Shown piece by piece: positions 29,223 through 41,810 of a stretch of 64,000 bases of DNA (position 1 is the stretch's first letter; each line of letters starts with the position of its first letter). This stretch comes from Eledone cirrhosa. Taxonomy: Eukaryota. Under the pieces are notes generated by a model. The model made no database searches, was not told the DNA's origin, and saw only the letters and a list, made by a program, of their open reading frames with translations. The position numbers and the translations under genes were made by a program. The DNA is taken from positions 427,986,001 through 428,050,000 of the forward strand of contig OZ024740.1 of the NCBI GenBank assembly GCA_964016885.1. The letters are read 5' to 3'.

Positions 29223-30439
29223 TTTGTTACAACACACCATTTTATATCAGTAACCTTGCGAAACACAAAACATATGCACCGCCGAAATATATAACGTAGA
29301 AATCTTTAAATAGTATTATCACCTGGAAAGTTACATACGCATTAGGTTATGTTATTCTCAACAGATTGCTATATGTTGAGACAGTATCTAATCAAAATCT
29401 TTTAAGAAAATATTTTTGTCGAATTAAGTTTGGGATATTGAAAACATCGGACTATAAATTTTAATATGAATTATTGTTATAGGTTAAATTGAAAGAGGAA
29501 TAAAATACAGATAAAAAAAAATACAAATTTATGCAATCTAAAATAGTTGATGTGTTTTTAAATATGGAATGTGTTTAACTAGAATACATGGACGGACAAG
29601 TTGTATTAAATATAAATGCAGTAAAATATACTTTAATTAACTTAATAAATTGATTGTTTCAAAGGAAATGTAAGTTGGAAGTTCAGTAATTAGATATATA
29701 ATAATTAATGGTGAAACTTTAATTGAGTTTAGGTTTAAACAATTAAATTATATATCAAAGGGTAATTCTACTAAATGTTAATGTCTTTGTTTAGCAGTTA
29801 CTATTCTGTAGTTTATATGATTGATCGATGAGCATCCATTGGTTTCAACAATCAGTGTTCCTCTTCTTCGATCAAAAGCCTTTAAATTAAATTAAAGACG
29901 AAATGGCTGACCATTCTTGAGTAATGTGTACTCTTAACGTAATTTCCTTGGAAATTCATCGTGACATTCTGAGACAAAGCTGACCTTTTGAATTACCGGT
30001 ACAATCCATCTAACGGGTTTCCTTCCATCCAGAGATTCACTCACCAGGCATGGAACGACCCGAGGCTGTGGTAAATATCACTTACCCAAAATTTCATACA
30101 GTGGAATAGAACCCTGTATCTTAATGATTAAGAATTCTAATGATTGGAGCACACTAAATCTACATATGGTAGACCATTATTGAAACGCTATGGTGATTAC
30201 TAAAGATCATCCATATAGGGATGTTTAGTCCCTGGTATTCAAAATTTACTATATTTTAAAAGTGTTTTCTAGCTGTGTAAAATTAAACATTTTTGTAGAT
30301 AAAAGAAAGCAAAACTATAATTTAGAAGACGGGAGTGAGGATATGCTGTCGTTTAAATGTGTTGAAATTTATAAAATCATAACAGCAATATCAGACAAAA
30401 TAATTTTAATGGACAAACCAGAATTATAGTTTCTTGCAG

Positions 30440-30910
30440 AATATGTTTTTTATAGGTTGAAGCCATCCACTCGATATAATCTTTCAGAGATGAACGGTAT
30501 TTATTATGTAATGTGTTTAAAACATATAACCCAACAAGACCGCTGACCTCAGCTGAGTCTTTTGAACACATATTCATATTAAAGGACACTTTCTTTGGTT
30601 TCTTAAGTCAAGTTTGTCGTAGAGTATAGGTTTTCTAGCTTCTACAATCAATTTTTGTGTCCTTAATGGGTATGATAGATTTTTGTTGATTACATGTATC
30701 CATAGGGTCGGTGATTGCAGAATAGATGTCTTTTCTAAGCTATTGGATGAGCTAATAGATTTTTGACCTGGGATGTATTAAATCGTTGTATTACGCAGTT
30801 TATATTATTCCAAATGAGGTTGATTCATGGAACCACTAATAAAAGTTAAGTAAATAATTCCTATGTCTGATAAATGCAGTTTGGTTTATGATCCTATATG
30901 TGAAATATGG
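30440..30910 (-). pseudogene. Heavily degraded Penelope-like reverse transcriptase remnant
   Basis: The - strand gives ordered motifs (K)DHKPN, WNNINCVIQRF, KDIYSAIT, SFNMNMCSKDSAEVSGLVGLYVL and RLYRVDG. These parallel the PLE motifs KDHKxNF, QWKNTxxVIxWF, DFYPSIT, FDVTMGSxDGAEVCELVGLYxL and GLYRDDG. Confidence 0.65.
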
Positions 30911-31249
30911 TTCTTGCAATACCAAGCTTTTGCCTTTCTCAGCTATGTCCCGTTTGGTGGCAATCTTTACCACAAATATCGATATTTTTAATAAACTATA
31001 ATTTGAATTTTTATATATTTAGAGAAAAATCAGTTATATGGCTATTGTTGATCATTTTGAGATTTCTATTTACTTTCATTGATAAATCCATTATCCCTGG
31101 TATTTCCCTTTTTGAGCATCCGTCTGAAATCTGTTTGAAATTAGGTGGTATTACTTCCGAATGTCATATTTTTGATTAGGAGTAATACATCGACTTTAAA
31201 TGGTTTCAATAAAACTTTAGGGCAAAAACAAAATAAATTTTAAATCTGA

Positions 31250-31540
31250 CTATCTTTGAAGGACTTTGTCGTAGGTAGGCATTTTGATATTTGGTTTCAG
31301 CATGGAGTTCCGAAGTTTCAACTGAACTTCGAGATGAGCATCCGCCATCTGTGATCTCAAATATGTCTTGATTTTAGTGAGGTAGAAGTATGTAGCTTCG
31401 CAGTAAAAAGTGGTTTAAGTTAAAATAAAAAGAGATAGACAAAAACACATAGATAAACATTTTTTAATTTATTGTAATTTTATTTTCTTTCAAAGTGCCG
31501 CACAGAATTTCACAGAGGGCCGCGGGTTCCCCATCTCTGA
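31250..31540 (-). mobile_element. Internally deleted hAT (Buster/Charlie-type) transposon fragment: one TIR plus the transposase C-terminus
   Basis: The - strand begins CAGAGATGGGGAACCCGCGGCCC. At 31255-31410 it encodes YCEATYFYLTKIKTYLRSQMADAHLEVQLKLRNSMLKPNI, matching the hAT dimerisation-region pattern CE..FS....K...RS.L.D.HL. Confidence 0.65.
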
Positions 31541-31938
31541 TCAGGTATAAACTACTCGTGTTGTTTCCATGTCATATATTTGTCCCACTTATTTTTACCG
31601 CGTTTTATACAATATGATAATTCTATGTACTTCATTACACTTTATATGTACTTCATCATTAATACACGCAATCTGTTATGTCCATGAGTCTGAGTAGTTA
31701 TTATTTATTACACACATACCGTGTTATGTTCAATAACTACTACACACCATTTCTATTTTTCGCTGATGTGAGTGACTGACTAGCTTACACGTCATCTTAT
31801 TCTGCTTTCACTAAATGGCTACTATACACAACTTTTTTTTTCTAATGCCCGGATAAGATTTGTCAGATAAAATTTCTCTCGGAAATTGCTTATAGACAAT
31901 TTATCGTCGAACAATTCCTCCGAATGATACACGCCTGG

Positions 31939-32010
<72 letters not shown>

Positions 32011-32574
32011 ATATATATATTTTTTTTTTCTTCTTTCTTTTTTGTAGGTTTGTCTTTGCGTTTTTTTCTTCTTTCTTTTACAGCCACCGTCGTAAGAAAT
32101 GTTGAATGCTGCGGCGGCATCTTAACTGGCCGTGTAATCTAGAAGCTAGATATCATGGTTGTAAAATGGAAGTTGAGCAGAGATATACGAGCGGTGATAT
32201 AGTGCTCTTTTATATGCAGACTTACTGCTATCATATCGGAGGCAATGTGCATATTTCTAACAATGCATGTGTACAGCTTAGTTTCTTTTTACTTAGTAAC
32301 CGTCAAATACGCTAGAAAGGAATATTTGGATTCTAAAAGTCCAGACTAGGCTGTCATGTCCAATTATTACGCTGACTACTCCCAGACATAGTCAAGATGG
32401 TGTGTTAGAAGGTGAACGTGATATGAAAGACAAATTCAGTAGAAAACGGTTGTCGTCTCGGCTAAGCTGATTAAAGGCGGCACACGAGACTCCAGACCCA
32501 ATTTCACGAATGTTCTCCAATAAATGGAAAATAGTTACTGAACATACAACTACATAAGTGATGTCTAAGGAGGT

Positions 32575-32659
32575 TTCTCTCTTTCTCTCTCTCTATCTCT
32601 CTCTTTCTCTCTCTCTATCTCTCTCTTTCTCTCTCTCTGTCTTTCTTTCTTTGTCTCTA

Positions 32660-32740
<81 letters not shown>

Positions 32741-33117
32741 CTCTCATTACCCCTGATTCTCACTCCTTCCTCCTCCTACTCCCTCACTTTCTCCCTCTCT
32801 TAATCTCTTTCTCTCTTACTCTTCCTACTACATAAATCACAATATCATTTTCTCTCTGTTCCTTTCTCACTCTCACTCTCTCTCTGTCTGTCTTTATATT
32901 CCTCACAAACATTTCCCCCCTCATTCTTTCAATACTCTCTCTCTTTCTCGCCTCCTCCTAATCCTCCTCCTCTTCTCTCACTCTCCCTCACTCCCCCTCT
33001 CTCTCTATGTCTCTCTTTATATTCCTCACAAACAGTTCCCCCTCATTCTCTCAATACTCTCTTTTTATCGCTTCCTCCTAATCCACCTCCTCTTCTCTCA
33101 CCCCCTCTCTCTCTCTT
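32575..33117. repeat. (CT)n and CT-rich low-complexity tract with a ~125-bp internal duplication
   Basis: TCTTTATATTCCTCACAAACA occurs at ~32891 and ~33014. Confidence 0.9.
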
Positions 33118-33630
33118 TAAAAGAAACGAAAGAAGATTATATAAAAGTATTCCTATATCTTGTATGGTTTCTCTTCTCCAGTTTTCTGCTTTCTCTCTAG
33201 CATGCCTCAGTGGTTCTTTCAATGAGGATGTTTTAACATATCTCAATACATACTGTTGGGAAATAATTAAATCAAGCAAGTAGAGTTTGATGTAGGAAAA
33301 AAGCCGATTTTAAAGTGTAAATATGTGCATTTATCTGTAAAAGCATGTATTCCGGAGATATATATATATATATATAGATATGTATCTATGTATGTAGGTG
33401 TATGTGTGTGTGTGTGTATACGGATGTAGGTTTATATGTTTTATATGGCTGCACGTCCAAGTATCTGTGAGTTTGTGTGTGTGTATATATATATAGAGAG
33501 AGAGATGTAGATATAGATATAGATATAGATATATGTGTGTGTATATATATATATAGATATAGATTGTGTGTGTGTATACAGATGTAAGTTTATATGTTTT
33601 ATATGGCTGCACGTCCAAGTAGAGGAAAGA

Positions 33631-33925
33631 AACTGAGTATAAGAGGGATAAGTTGTGTGAAGGAGAGAAGGTTGAGATGGTATGGACATGTGATGCGCAT
33701 GGAGGATGACCGCTGGGTAAAGAAGTGCCAAGAAGTCCAATGGAGAGAAGACGTAGTAGAGGAAGACCACGAAAAACATGGGCGGATGTGGTGAGAGCAG
33801 ACCTCAGATCGGTGAAGCTCACTGAGGTTATGACGAAGGACCGTGACAAGTGGAGAGATGCTGTGCTGAATAGGACCAATCCAACCCTTGCAAGCAAGGA
33901 AAAGCAAACCTAAAATGATGATGAA
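33631..33925 (+). mobile_element. 3' end fragment of an RTE-clade LINE
   Basis: Encodes RLRWYGHVMRMEDDRWVKKC, then after a frameshift RRSRGRPRKTWADVVRADL..DRDKWR, followed by a (TGA)n tail. Confidence 0.85.
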
Positions 33926-33942
33926 GTTGAGGATATATATAT

Positions 33943-34454
33943 GTTATTACTCTGAGGTCTATACCTTGTCGAGTTATTACTCTGAGGTCTATACCTTGTC
34001 GAGTTATTACTCTGACGTCTATACCTTGTCGAGTTATTACTCTGAGGTCTATACCTTGTCGAGTTATTACTCTGAGGTCTATACCTTGTCGCGTTATTAC
34101 TCTGACGTCTATACCTTGTCGAGTTATTACTCTGAGGTCTATACCTTGTCGAGTTATTACTCTGAGGTCTATACCTTGTCGAGTTATTACTCTGAGGTCT
34201 ATACCTTGTCGAGTTATTACTCTGAGGTCTATACCTTGTCGAGTTATTACTCTGAGGTCTATACCTTGTCGAGTTATTACTCTGAGGTCTATACGTTGTC
34301 GAGTTATTACTCTGAGGTCTATACCTTGTCGAGTTATTACTCTGAGGTCTATACCTTGTCGAGTTATTACTCTGAGGTCTATACCTTGTCGAGTTATTAC
34401 TCTGAGGTCTATACCTTGTCGAGTTATTACTCTGAGGTCTATACCTTGTCGAGT
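33943..34454. repeat. 30-bp minisatellite x17 (GAGTTATTACTCTGAGGTCTATACCTTGTC)
   Basis: Near-identical copies read directly from the sequence. Confidence 0.98.
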
Positions 34455-34700
34455 GGTTGGCTGCTCTGCTGAAGGCATTCATTGGCTTAGTGTGTATATA
34501 TATATATATATAGATGTAGATATAGATATAGATATGTGTGTGTAAATATATAAATATATATATACAAAATATATACATATATATAATATATACATACATA
34601 TGATGGCTGCCCCCTCGTTATCGAGTATGGCCATTGCACGAGAAAAAAAAAAAAATAAATAAATAAATAAATAAATAAATATATATATATATATATATAT

Positions 34701-35154
34701 GGAAAGTTATATTTAAATTGTTGGGTTACAACTAGTAAATATTTATAACTGATATAAAAGCACTCAACAAGTATTTGGAGTATATTTACGATATTAAATA
34801 AATGGAAACTATATTTATAAAACCATATTTATTTCATTATATATATTTCAGGGATATCATATTAACAATATGTTATGCCTTCCTCAGACAAAATACAATA
34901 TAGACAGTTTTATAGATAAATAGATTTGACATACCGTTCAACATCGACTTGTATTTGAAAAAGTTGATTTGGCAAATCAACTTTTTCAAATACAAGTCGA
35001 TGTTGAACGGTATGTCAAATCTATTTATCTATAAAACTGTCTATATTGTATTTTGTCTGAGGAAGGCATAACATATTGTTAATATGATATCCCTGAAATA
35101 TATATAATGAAATAAATATGGTTTTATAAATATAGTTTCCATTTATTTAATATC

Positions 35155-35157
<3 letters not shown>
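34701..35157 (-). mobile_element. Fold-back Penelope-like element, family D: palindrome 34787-35157 (185-bp arms, 1-nt centre at 34972) plus an 86-bp tail
   Basis: The arms read as exact reverse complements, with (TA)n on both sides. Homologous to 48310-48789. Confidence 0.8.
35049..35114 (+). ncRNA. Minimal type I hammerhead ribozyme (mirror on - strand at 34830-34895)
   Basis: TATTTTGT-CTGAGGA-AGGCATAACATATT GTT AATATGATATCCCT-GAAA-TATATA-TA-ATGAAATA. Confidence 0.8.
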
Positions 35158-35197
<40 letters not shown>

Positions 35198-35402
35198 CAT
35201 ACATATATACATACACACATACACATACACACACACATATACACACACACACACACATTAATAACAATAATAATAATAATAATAATAATAATGGCAATAA
35301 TAATAATAACGACAACAACAATAATAATATACATATTCATATATATATACACACACACGCACGCACATAAGCATATCTACACACACACACACACGATAGC
35401 AA

Positions 35403-37745
35403 CTAACAGTGCTGCGATCGAATGTGGCTTTTTAGCCCAGCCAATGATCTAAAATGTCTTGCACAGAGTCGGCAACCAAAACATTCACTGGGAATAGTCG
35501 GCTGTGGTTGGAGTTCGTGTACTTTTGCATGTCGCTTGAGCCCTCCTGCTGATTTACATTCTCTACCACATGTTTGGCAAGCATGATGAGTAGCATCTCC
35601 AACAGCAGCCTGGTAGTCAACCACTGGTCTTACTTTATGACTGCGAAGATGACTTTCGAGTCCAGCTTTGCTTAGACAGAGTCTCGCACAGACGCTGCAT
35701 ATCAGCACCATAGGAGGACCCTCGCCGTCTGGAAGTGCAACAGCAATGCCCTTCCTCACATCCCGCTTTACTTTCTCGTGTGCGATTCGAGATGCCTCAA
35801 AGGCAACTTTTCCTTCATATACAGTCTTTCTCCATTTATTACGATCAGCAGCAACATTTTCCCATGTATCAGCAAAGATGTTAGCGTCTTTCAGAGAGGC
35901 TTTCAAGGAATCCTTATACCTCTTTTTTGGTTTATGTGGCGGTCGTTTTCCTTTAACCAACTCTCCATAGAAGAGTTGTTTTGGTATTCTAGAATCCCTC
36001 ATCCTGGTAAGGTGACCACTCCAACGGAGTCGTTGCTTAAGCACAAGAGCTTCTATACTGTCACACATAGAGCTTTCCAAAATCTCGACATTACTGATGT
36101 GGTCCCTCCAATGAACGCCATGGATCCGTCTGAGACACATCTGATGGAAACGCTCCAATTGCTTAAGGTGGTGTCGATATGTGACCCAGGTCTCGCAGGC
36201 ATAAAGAAGACAAGAGAGTACACATGCCCTGTACACCTTTACCTTTGTCCTCCTGCATATGTCTCGCCGACCCCAGAGTCGCCTTTCTAGCTTTCCGAAA
36301 GCATCACTTGCTTTCCTAATCCTAAGTGAGATTTCACTGTCAAGGTTGCCGTATCGATTGACAGTGCTTCCCAGGTAGACAAACTGATCAACCACTCCAA
36401 GTCGTTTGCCATACACATAGATGTTTGGTTCAGTGTACTGCTTACTAGGGGCAGGTTGGTACATGACGACGGCTTTCTTGAGACTGACAGTCAAACCCAG
36501 GGCAGTGCAAGCGTCAGAAAATGCATTCAAAATGTGCTGCATATCACTCTCTGTGTGCGCTACAAGATCGCAATCATCTGCATACAAGAGGTCTCTTATG
36601 ATTGATGTAAATACTTTTGTCTTCGCAGCAAAGCGCCTGATGTTAAATATGCTGCCTGAGGTTCGATATCGGATGTAAACACCATGCTCGCAATTCCTGA
36701 ATGCAATACAGAAAACCATTGCAAAGTATATGGCAAACAGGGTCGGTGCTGGAATATCCCCCTGTTTCACTCCATTTTTTACTGAGATAGGCTCCGACAT
36801 GTTACCTCCGACATTAACCCAAGCCGTCATGTCGTCATGGAAAGACCTAACTAAAGCAAGGAACTTATCAGGGCAACCAAGTTTCTGGAGAACCTTCCAT
36901 AATGCATGTCTGTTGACAGTATCGAACGCCTTTGTCAGATCGACAAAAACCTAATACAGATTCAATGCACTTCTGGAGCTGTCTAGCTGAGAAGATCATA
37001 TCAGTAGTGCCGCGTCCAGCACGAAAACCAGATTGACTTTCAGGAAGAACACAATCTGCAATGTGTGTCAGCAGACGGTCCAGAAGCACCCTACATAAAA
37101 CTTTCCCTACGACAGAAAGCAATGATATACCTCTGTAGTTCCCACAATCATTCCTGATACCCTTTCCCTTGTACAAGAGCACCATTACTGCATCTCTCCG
37201 GTCCTCAGGTACGGATTCATTAGCCCATATCCTTCCAAACAAAGAGTGAAGATGTTGCAGGAGTCTCTCACCACCATATTGTAGGAATTCAGCATGTATG
37301 CCATCCATACCTGGAGATCTTCCACTGTTCAGCTTCGAAAAAGCCATTGCAACCTCCACAAGCGTCGGAGGTTCTGCGAGAGCTACTTTCACAGGACTTT
37401 CTGGAATGAGATTGAGGAAATCTTCACTGACGACAGACGGCTGATTCAAAAGATCATCAAAGTGCTCTCGCCACCTTCGTAGAATTCCCTGTGAGTCACG
37501 AAGAAGCTCTTTGCCATCCTTGCTGCGAAGCGGTGTCACCAGAGAAGAAGACGGTCCATAAACCTCACGCAAGAGACTGTACAACAGCTTTGTGTTATTG
37601 GAATCAGACGCAGTTTGTATCTCACCGGCTTTCTCACCCCACCACTGATCCTTCATCTGAGAAAGACTCCGCCTAACACGTGATTTTACATCCCTGAGCT
37701 CCTCATGCAACGTATTCCTCTCCTGTGGTTTTGCCGTCAAGTAGC
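35403..37745 (-). mobile_element. 5'-truncated RTE-clade (BovB-like) LINE: RT domain plus three C-terminal C2H2 fingers, disrupted near 36950-36970
   Basis: Motifs [49 protein letters not shown] and RLRWSGHL are present, plus CxxC...HxxxH three times. Confidence 0.95.
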
Positions 37746-37820
37746 GTGACAGAGCATATATACATATATATATACACATATATATATGTATGGATATATG
37801 TATATAAACATACATATATG

Positions 37821-37913
<93 letters not shown>

Positions 37914-37942
37914 TTATATATGTGTGTGTGTGTATATATATA

Positions 37943-38200
37943 TAGGAACATATTCAAGACCCCGACGGCAGAGCTCAAGCCGTTTCGACGGCTATTTCTG
38001 GACTAAATTAGATTTTTAGCGTGGTAATATAAAGCCGAACTTTTCAAGGGATAACTCCTTATATGGGAAGATTGTACTTGTCAAAAGGATTGGTCAAAAT
38101 TTCTTGTGAACACAAATCTTTCATGGTGGTTGGTGGGAGGTGGGGTGGCTGAACTTACCTGTAGAACAATGAGGGATTGGGTGGAGCCGGTCAAGCGTTG
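37943..38200 (-). mobile_element. Diverged family A Penelope-like terminal repeat next to (TA)n
   Basis: Homologous to 24675-24950. Confidence 0.75.
37959..38052 (-). ncRNA. Type I hammerhead with U3-A8 core (UUGAAAA) and GUC cleavage triplet
   Basis: - strand: ATCCC-TTGAAAA-GTTCGGCT...AGCCGTC-GAAA-CGGCTTGAGCTCTGCCG-TC-GGGGT. Confidence 0.65.
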
Positions 38201-38674
38201 AAAGTGAATTCTATACAGCAAATTCTAAGGAGTGTGGAGGGAATTAGGCTAGTTAGAAAGCAGGTGGAAAAAGGATTCTGGAGGAATCTGAGAGTGTGGA
38301 GTTATAAAATTAAAAATTAACAAAATAATAAATAAAAATAATAATATTATTAAAAAATTAAATAATAAAAGATATGTATAAATATTTCGTATCTCCAAAG
38401 AAATACGGTTTTAGGAAGCCGTAGCTATGCAAACACCGGGGGGCTAACGCCCTCTGGTGATGTCCAGCAGAAGCAAGGGGGACAACCGTCTATGCATGTC
38501 AGGCTTAACTGGCCTTCGTCAAGACGGTCCATCCCATCACTTGCGACTGCTGGACTAGAAGACAGGCGACAATATATACTTTTCTCGTCTGTGTACATGA
38601 GGTGATTAATCTCATTTGCATATGAAGCTGTATAAGTTGGTTCAACTTATGAAGCGAAATCCTATTTCTTTTTT

Positions 38675-39123
<449 letters not shown>

Positions 39124-39199
39124 GTGAAATTTGGGACGGGAACAAAAACAGAGAGGCAGTACAAACAAAAGTTTATTAGGTTCACGCTCTTGAGAGTGG

Positions 39200-39235
<36 letters not shown>

Positions 39236-39238
<3 letters not shown>

Positions 39239-39400
39239 TGAAAGAGTCGTCGCTCGACGGCTGAGCTCTTGCCGTTTCAACAGCTGTGTCTGGAACTAGC
39301 TGTTGAAATGGGAAGAGGTCAGTCGTTGTGCTCCAACTCTTTCTAATATAGTCGCGCTCTACTATCCCAAATATCGAGTACTCTGTTGAATAGTGGTAAT
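39236..39400 (+). mobile_element. Diverged family A-related fold-back
   Basis: GACGGCTGAGCTCTTGCCGTTTCAACAGCT is mirrored by AGCTGTTGAAATGGGAAGAGGTCAGTCGTT, followed by the family A tail (CTCTACTATCC..GAGTACT). Confidence 0.6.
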
Positions 39401-39463
39401 ACAAAATATAAGTCAAGCTGTTATCATAAATATCCTTAATTGCAATATTAGGTTCTGTCTGCT

Positions 39464-39523
<60 letters not shown>

Positions 39524-39524
39524 A

Positions 39525-39556
<32 letters not shown>

Positions 39557-39562
39557 TAGTGT

Positions 39563-39594
<32 letters not shown>

Positions 39595-39746
39595 TAGTGT
39601 TTGAGAGTGTATGCGCCTGTGCGGGCGTGTGAGTGTAATGTCCGTGGAGATATGTATATACACGATTGTACGCATACATGCATAGATACATACATACATA
39701 CATACATACATACATACATACATACATACACACATACATTCATACA

Positions 39747-40490
39747 TACTATTTATCTATGAGGCATGATGTAGTGGCCAATACACTGTACCATGCAATC
39801 CGTAGAAAAGATAGCCCCGATAGTAAACATTAAAAACTACAGCAATGTGGAAGACATACATATATATAATATGAAAGGGTACTGGTGGAATATTCCAGTA
39901 AAAACCCAAATAAAATGCAGGCATAACAGACCAGATATTATGATATGGGACAGGGAGAAGAATGTATGCACAGTAGTGGAAATTAGCTGCCCAGCAGATG
40001 CCAATATAATATCAAAGATTAGCGAAAGGGAGAATATTTATGCAGAACTGATGAGAAATCTGTAGATACTCCACCCTGATTACACCTTCAGATTTATGCC
40101 TGTTATTATTGGGGCACTGGGATATGTTAGTAACTGCCTCAATACAAATCGTGAGAAGCTAGGCTTCACAGAAACAGAAAGAACACAACTAGTTAGGAAA
40201 TTACAAGTACAATCCATTAATGGAACAGCAAAAATATGTAAAACATTCAAAACATGTTGCATCTAATAACTGCATATACACATGTACAGATACAAAGCAT
40301 ATACACATGCACACATACAACTCAAATCATCCACATCCACACATACAATAACATCCATACCTACACATGCATACATACATATCTACCTAGTTGATGTTGT
40401 GTAAATTCCAATGAGAGAGTCTTGTGTCTTTGTTAGAAACCGACTCTCTCTATTGGGAAACTAGTTGTGAAATGATAAAACCAGAAGAAC
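39747..40490 (+). mobile_element. 3' fragment of an R4/Dong-like RLE non-LTR retrotransposon, flanked by (CATA)n
   Basis: YYLSMRHDVVA...WWNIPVKT..CRHNRPDIMIWDR..VVEISCP..K....Y.EL..*..FMPVIIGALG matches the RHD / PD..(D/E) / IIGALG RLE pattern. Confidence 0.85.
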
Positions 40491-40813
40491 ATTTATATAT
40501 ACATACATACATATATACATATATACACACATAAATTCTTACATACATTCATGCATACATACAAACATACATTCATACCAATGTATAACTGAACTTGGAT
40601 TTGCGGACAAAAAGCGCAGCTCCCTAATTCATAGTCTACAAATGACTGCGGTAGCTGGCACCTTCAAAATTTGCAAAACATTCTTGCGATTCAAGGGATT
40701 GCAATTTCTTTTCTTTTGCTACCTTGCCACCAGGAAGGTGGCCGGTCAAAAATATACTCGAAATTAAGAGAAAGAGAGAACATACATACATACAAACATA
40801 CATAGATGCATGC

Positions 40814-40846
<33 letters not shown>

Positions 40847-41102
40847 TATATACACATATATACATAATCTAATTTACAATAGATATATATTTCTGTTTGT
40901 ATGCTTGCTTTTTTTAATTCTTTGAATTATTTCTATAAACAATTTCTTCGTTTTGAAGAAAGAAACAAAAGTACATTACTGTAATTTAAGTAACAACTGT
41001 ATATATAAGTCGATCGACTTTCGTGAGATCGGACCGAGGAAACAATGTTTCCATTAGTCTTTCCAGTTGCTAATACTATCTATCGGTCGCACCTCCAGGT
41101 AG

Positions 41103-41216
41103 AAGGAGCAACGTGAAATGAAGTGTTTTTCTCAAGGACATAACGCATCGCCCGGTCCAGGAATCGAACTCACAACCTCCCGATTGCGAATCCAATTCTC
41201 TTACCACTCAGCCATG
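41103..41216 (-). mobile_element. tRNA-derived SINE, 5' part
   Basis: The - strand has box A TGGCTGAGTGG and box B GAGTTCGATTCC, followed by TGTCCTTGAG..AA.CACTT. Confidence 0.8.
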
Positions 41217-41429
41217 TTCTGCTTATCAATAGAAGTCGCGAAATAAGAGCTTTCTTTTTTTGTCTGAAACAACAAATGCCTCAAGCTTATTATTTTTGTT
41301 TTCTGTCCCAAACAAATATGTCCAGTCTGCTGAGTTTACATATCATGGTTTTCTTTATTTATGTTTGTTGTTTGTTGTTTGTTGTTTATGTTCTAAAATA
41401 TGGCTTTAATCACAGTCAGAACATTTTTT

Positions 41430-41810
41430 TGTAATGGTTATCCGTGTACTTCTTTCTGGGAATGATATTGCATCTTCCTTCACTACAATGCCATGTAACG
41501 TAGGAATGTGATACCTTGATAACACTTTTGGCAGCCGTTTATCACATGTGTAATTTCTTCCATAGATATATGACATAAGCGACATTTTTGGTTTATATCT
41601 TGGCGGTTTAAGGGCTTCACTGACACTTTTGTTCAACATATATTTTGTGGTTATCTCTTGCTATTGAATTACAAATGTATAACCTTCAAAACCTGATGTG
41701 ATTTAAGGGATTCAAGTCTAAGATGGGTTGTTTCTCTATTAATGCTGACATCGTTCTCAAGTTACCAATACTTTTGCCAAATGCCATGATTCCAGCAGTC
41801 TTGGCTAGGG
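41430..41810 (-). mobile_element. Degenerate R4/Dong-like fragment (CCHC finger region)
   Basis: - strand: FEGYTFVIQ*QEITTKYML...KCRLCHISMEEITHVINGC, then after a frameshift SRYHIPTLHGIVVK (homologous to YYLSMRHDVVA at 39747). Confidence 0.75.

Noticed and set aside
29900-30115. Possible decayed SINE pieces
   Set aside because: Too degenerate to define boundaries or boxes.
33828-34599. Repetitive 194-229 aa ORFs
   Set aside because: They are produced by the stop-free frames of the 30-bp minisatellite.
41103-41216. tRNA gene
   Set aside because: Boxes A and B are present but there is no proper acceptor stem, and it continues into a SINE body.
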